Positions 61,256-64,000 of a stretch of 64,000 nucleotides of DNA are shown here, one piece after another. The first letter of the stretch is position 1; each line of letters opens with the position of its first letter. The position numbers and the translations under genes were made by a program. Source of the DNA: Gemmatimonas sp. (GTDB lineage: Bacteria; Gemmatimonadota; Gemmatimonadetes; Gemmatimonadales; Gemmatimonadaceae); the NCBI GenBank assembly GCA_965279375.1, contig OZ257156.1, positions 1,152,001-1,216,000 on the forward strand, in the 5' to 3' direction. The notes beneath the pieces are model-generated. The model worked only from the letters and a program-made list of their open reading frames with translations, ran no database searches and was not told the DNA's origin.

Positions 61256-62623
61256 TTACAGCGTTCCGTTGATTGCGCGTGCGTCGGCCTCGCGCGCGGC
61301 ACGTTCGCCTTCCGGGACGTTCACCATCGCGAGCAGCACGCCGCCCACCACAAAGAAGCCGATCACCGAGAGAATCGCGCCGCGGCTAGAGCCGCTCTGG
61401 CCGATGGCAATGGAGAACGCGAGCGGCCCCAGAATACCGCCGAACTTCTCGAAGACGGAGTAGAAGCCGAAGAATTCGCCGCTCTTGTGCTTGGGAATCA
61501 TGTTGGCGAAGAGCGAGCGGCTGAGTGCCTGCGTCCCACCCTGCACGAGCCCCACGAGAATGGCGACCATGTAGAACTCGCGCGCCGACTGCATGTTGTA
61601 GCCAAGCACGCAGATGCCCGTGTAGACGACGAGGCCGATGAACACCGAGGTCTTCGCGCCGATTTTCCCGGCAAGCATTCCAAACAGAAACGCGCACGGG
61701 ATGCCGATGAACTGCACGAGCAGGATGGCCGTGATGAGATCCTTCTGCTCGATGCCGATTTCGGTGCCGTACACGCTCGCCATCTTGATGATGGTCTGGA
61801 TGCCGTCGTTGTAGATGGTGAACGCCAGCATCGCGAGTGCGGCCTGTTTGTACTGACGCAGCTCGCGCAGCGTTTCGCCCAAGCGCGTGAAGGCCACGCT
61901 CCATCCGCTCTGTCGCGCGACTTCATCGGCCTCGATGGTGCGCGGTGGCTCAGGGACGCGCCGCAAGAGCGGAATGGAGAACACCAGCCACCACACCGCC
62001 ACCGACACGAACGCGAGTCGTGACGGAAGCGTGGCCTGCGATTGCGTGAGCCCGTCGCCCGACGGCAGCCCGAACGTCGCCGGGCTCGAGATCCACGCGA
62101 GGTTGAGCGCGAGCAGGAGTCCTCCACCCACGTAGCCAAGGGCGTAGCCGGCCGTGGACACGCGGTCCATCTCGTCCACCGAGGCGATGTGCGGCAGCAG
62201 CGACTCGTAGAACGTCATGCTGGCCGCGGCGCCGCCCAGCGAGAGGACAAAGACGATCGACGCGAAGAGCACGTCGCCGTGGCGGATGAAGAACATCGCC
62301 GCGGTGGACGCGACACCCAGCAGCATGAATCCCACCAGAAACCGCTTCTTCGCCGCCTTGAAGTCAGCGAGCGCGCCGAGCAGCGGCGCCAGGACGGCGA
62401 TGAGCACGGCACTGATCGTGCTGGCGTACCCATACCATTGGGATGCTTCGGTTGGGGTTCGACCTGCAGCCGCTACCTTCACAAAGAAGATGGGGAAGAC
62501 AGCGGTCATGATCGTGGTTTGCGCCGCCGACACCGCCCAATCGTACATCGCCCAGGCTCGCAACTCGCGACGGTGCAGCCCCAGCGCATTCAGGAAGCGT
62601 GACGCAGGGCGTGTAGAAGTCAT
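61256..62623 (-). CDS. MFS transporter (Atg22/UMF1-like)
   Basis: WAMYDWA, PLLGALAD, YNDG, QALSRSLF and EFFGFY motifs; multiple TM segments. Confidence 0.88.
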   Translation of the reverse strand: MTSTRPASRFLNALGLHRRELRAWAMYDWAVSAAQTTIMTAVFPIFFVKVAAAGRTPTEASQWYGYASTISAVLIAVLAPLLGALADFKAAKKRFLVGFMLLGVASTAAMFFIRHGDVLFASIVFVLSLGGAAASMTFYESLLPHIASVDEMDRVSTAGYALGYVGGGLLLALNLAWISSPATFGLPSGDGLTQSQATLPSRLAFVSVAVWWLVFSIPLLRRVPEPPRTIEADEVARQSGWSVAFTRLGETLRELRQYKQAALAMLAFTIYNDGIQTIIKMASVYGTEIGIEQKDLITAILLVQFIGIPCAFLFGMLAGKIGAKTSVFIGLVVYTGICVLGYNMQSAREFYMVAILVGLVQGGTQALSRSLFANMIPKHKSGEFFGFYSVFEKFGGILGPLAFSIAIGQSGSSRGAILSVIGFFVVGGVLLAMVNVPEGERAAREADARAINGTL

Positions 62624-62800
62624 GCAGAGTCTCGTAAAGGGAGGCCGGACCGGGCAGATTATTGTCAGCGCTGTTGCAGCAGAAGTCCAGCAACCGTCTG
62701 CATCGCGCGCGTTCCAGCGTCGTTTCAGTTCGTTTTCGTCCGCCTTCAACTGTCTTTCGATCTGTCATCGCCTGCCTGTGACCGTGTTGAGCTTGAACTG

Positions 62801-63796
62801 ATGCCGCGCTCCCCGATGTCTCGTCGCCCGTCGCCTTCCGTGCGACGCGCGATGGGTCGGATTGGCGCGCTGGCGCTGTTCACGGCAGCCGCCAGTATGC
62901 TGTCGGCGTGCGACCGTCGCTCCGCAGCGAACCCGACTGACTCTGCGGCCACTGCGCGCGACTCGGCGGCGGCGGACAGCGTGCGCCCTGTGGTGGAAGC
63001 CACCGGCTGGGACTCTTCGGCTGGTCCGTTTCTCGTGTTGCCTACAGTAGATGGCGGGCTGACGGCGGGGTCGCTGCTCCGCGCCGACGCGTCCGAGCTG
63101 ACGGTGTCGGATACGGGCGGCGTTGGGCAGCTGATCAGCGATGGTCGGGTGGAGCTGTTCTCTCGCAGCGGGCGCGTGGCGATCGCACGGCTTTCAGTGG
63201 ATGCGGCGCCGAGGGTGGATGCGGGGTGCACGGCGTGGCCAGTCGCGCGGCTGTCCACTGATGCCGGCGTGAATGTCAGTCCATGGACGGCAGCGTTCGC
63301 GGCCAACCGCATCACCTCCATTCCGCTCGATTCCATCGAAGGGTTGTCATCGCGGGATTCGTCGAGGCTGGTGGTGGACCTGAGTCGTCTCGCGTCTGCC
63401 CTGCGCGACGACACGAGCGCGACGTTTCGCGGACTGCCGTTTGTGGTGCTGCGTGCGTATCGCACGCGCGGACTGGACAGCGCGTTCGTGGTGGCGACAC
63501 TGGCACGCCGCGTGAACCAGGAAGCGGATCCCAAGGAAGAGCGGCTGGTGATGGTTGTGGATATCACTGGCAGCGACGCGAAGTCGTGGAACGTCGCGTG
63601 GCATGAGCGCGCCTCGGGGCTGGAAGAGGAACTGGTGGTCGCCGAGCCGTTGATGGCGTTCAGGGCCAACGGCGCGTCCGATGTGCGACTGCTTTTTGGT
63701 CGTGACGACGGGATCGCGCTGGGCGCGGCGGTGCTCGCGCGTGATGGTGCCGGCTGGCACGTGCTCTGGGAGAGCGCGGTCGCAAGCTGCAACTGA
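62801..63796 (+). CDS. Hypothetical lipoprotein
   Basis: Lipobox LSAC; coherent 331-aa ORF. Confidence 0.7.
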   Translation: MPRSPMSRRPSPSVRRAMGRIGALALFTAAASMLSACDRRSAANPTDSAATARDSAAADSVRPVVEATGWDSSAGPFLVLPTVDGGLTAGSLLRADASELTVSDTGGVGQLISDGRVELFSRSGRVAIARLSVDAAPRVDAGCTAWPVARLSTDAGVNVSPWTAAFAANRITSIPLDSIEGLSSRDSSRLVVDLSRLASALRDDTSATFRGLPFVVLRAYRTRGLDSAFVVATLARRVNQEADPKEERLVMVVDITGSDAKSWNVAWHERASGLEEELVVAEPLMAFRANGASDVRLLFGRDDGIALGAAVLARDGAGWHVLWESAVASCN

Positions 63797-63826
63797 ACGA
63801 CTGCGCCATTCTCTAACGATCAATCG

Positions 63827-64000
63827 ATGTCACGTGCGTTTCTGCGGGACGACGCGGAAGGCGAAATGCCGCGTCGCAACTACGATTTGCCTCCGCGCGA
63901 CGATCCGGACTACGACCGAGTCGCGGCGCGCGCATTGCTCGAGGCCGCTCGCGTTGGCGAAACCCAGCTCGCGGAGCGTGCGACGGGCTACTACTGGGGC
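63827..64000 (+). CDS. 3'-truncated hypothetical protein
   Basis: MSRAFLRDDAEGEMPRRNYDLPP..., open to the window end. Confidence 0.6.
   Translation, partial: MSRAFLRDDAEGEMPRRNYDLPPRDDPDYDRVAARALLEAARVGETQLAERATGYYWG

Noticed and set aside
63827..64000. GreA/GreB-like call from the MSRAF start
   Set aside because: Only the first few residues resemble it and the ORF is truncated; left as hypothetical.

Overview
High-GC bacterial chromosomal window spanning the replication-origin region. Gene content (GWxTD protein, Gly/Arg-rich VPS10-type propeller, Ig-zincin lipoproteins) suggests Gemmatimonadota; this is an inference. Core block: mnmE-yidC-yidD-rnpA-rpmH (-) divergent from dnaA-oriC-dnaN (+), then RNase P RNA (rnpB), pyrE, polA and a type IV pilin. 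The left arm carries holA-SPOR-mutS-mug, an ECF sigma/anti-sigma pair, an M16 peptidase pair with SET and Nudix genes, a histidine kinase/response regulator/sigma54-activator locus, upp and two amidases. I saw no tRNA, rRNA, CRISPR array or mobile element. Best leads: (1) DnaA carries a beta-clamp-binding-like motif (QMDMF) at the start of its linker; (2) rnpA has no canonical start codon ahead of its conserved N-terminus; (3) a three-hairpin non-coding element with terminators on both strands lies inside the two-component locus; (4) a SET-domain protein is fused to a histone-H1-like tail; (5) a possible sigma54-to-ECF cascade with a separately promoted anti-sigma; (6) a soluble Ser/Thr kinase ends in a MinD-like amphipathic helix. 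All family calls come from motifs recognised by eye, not from database searches.
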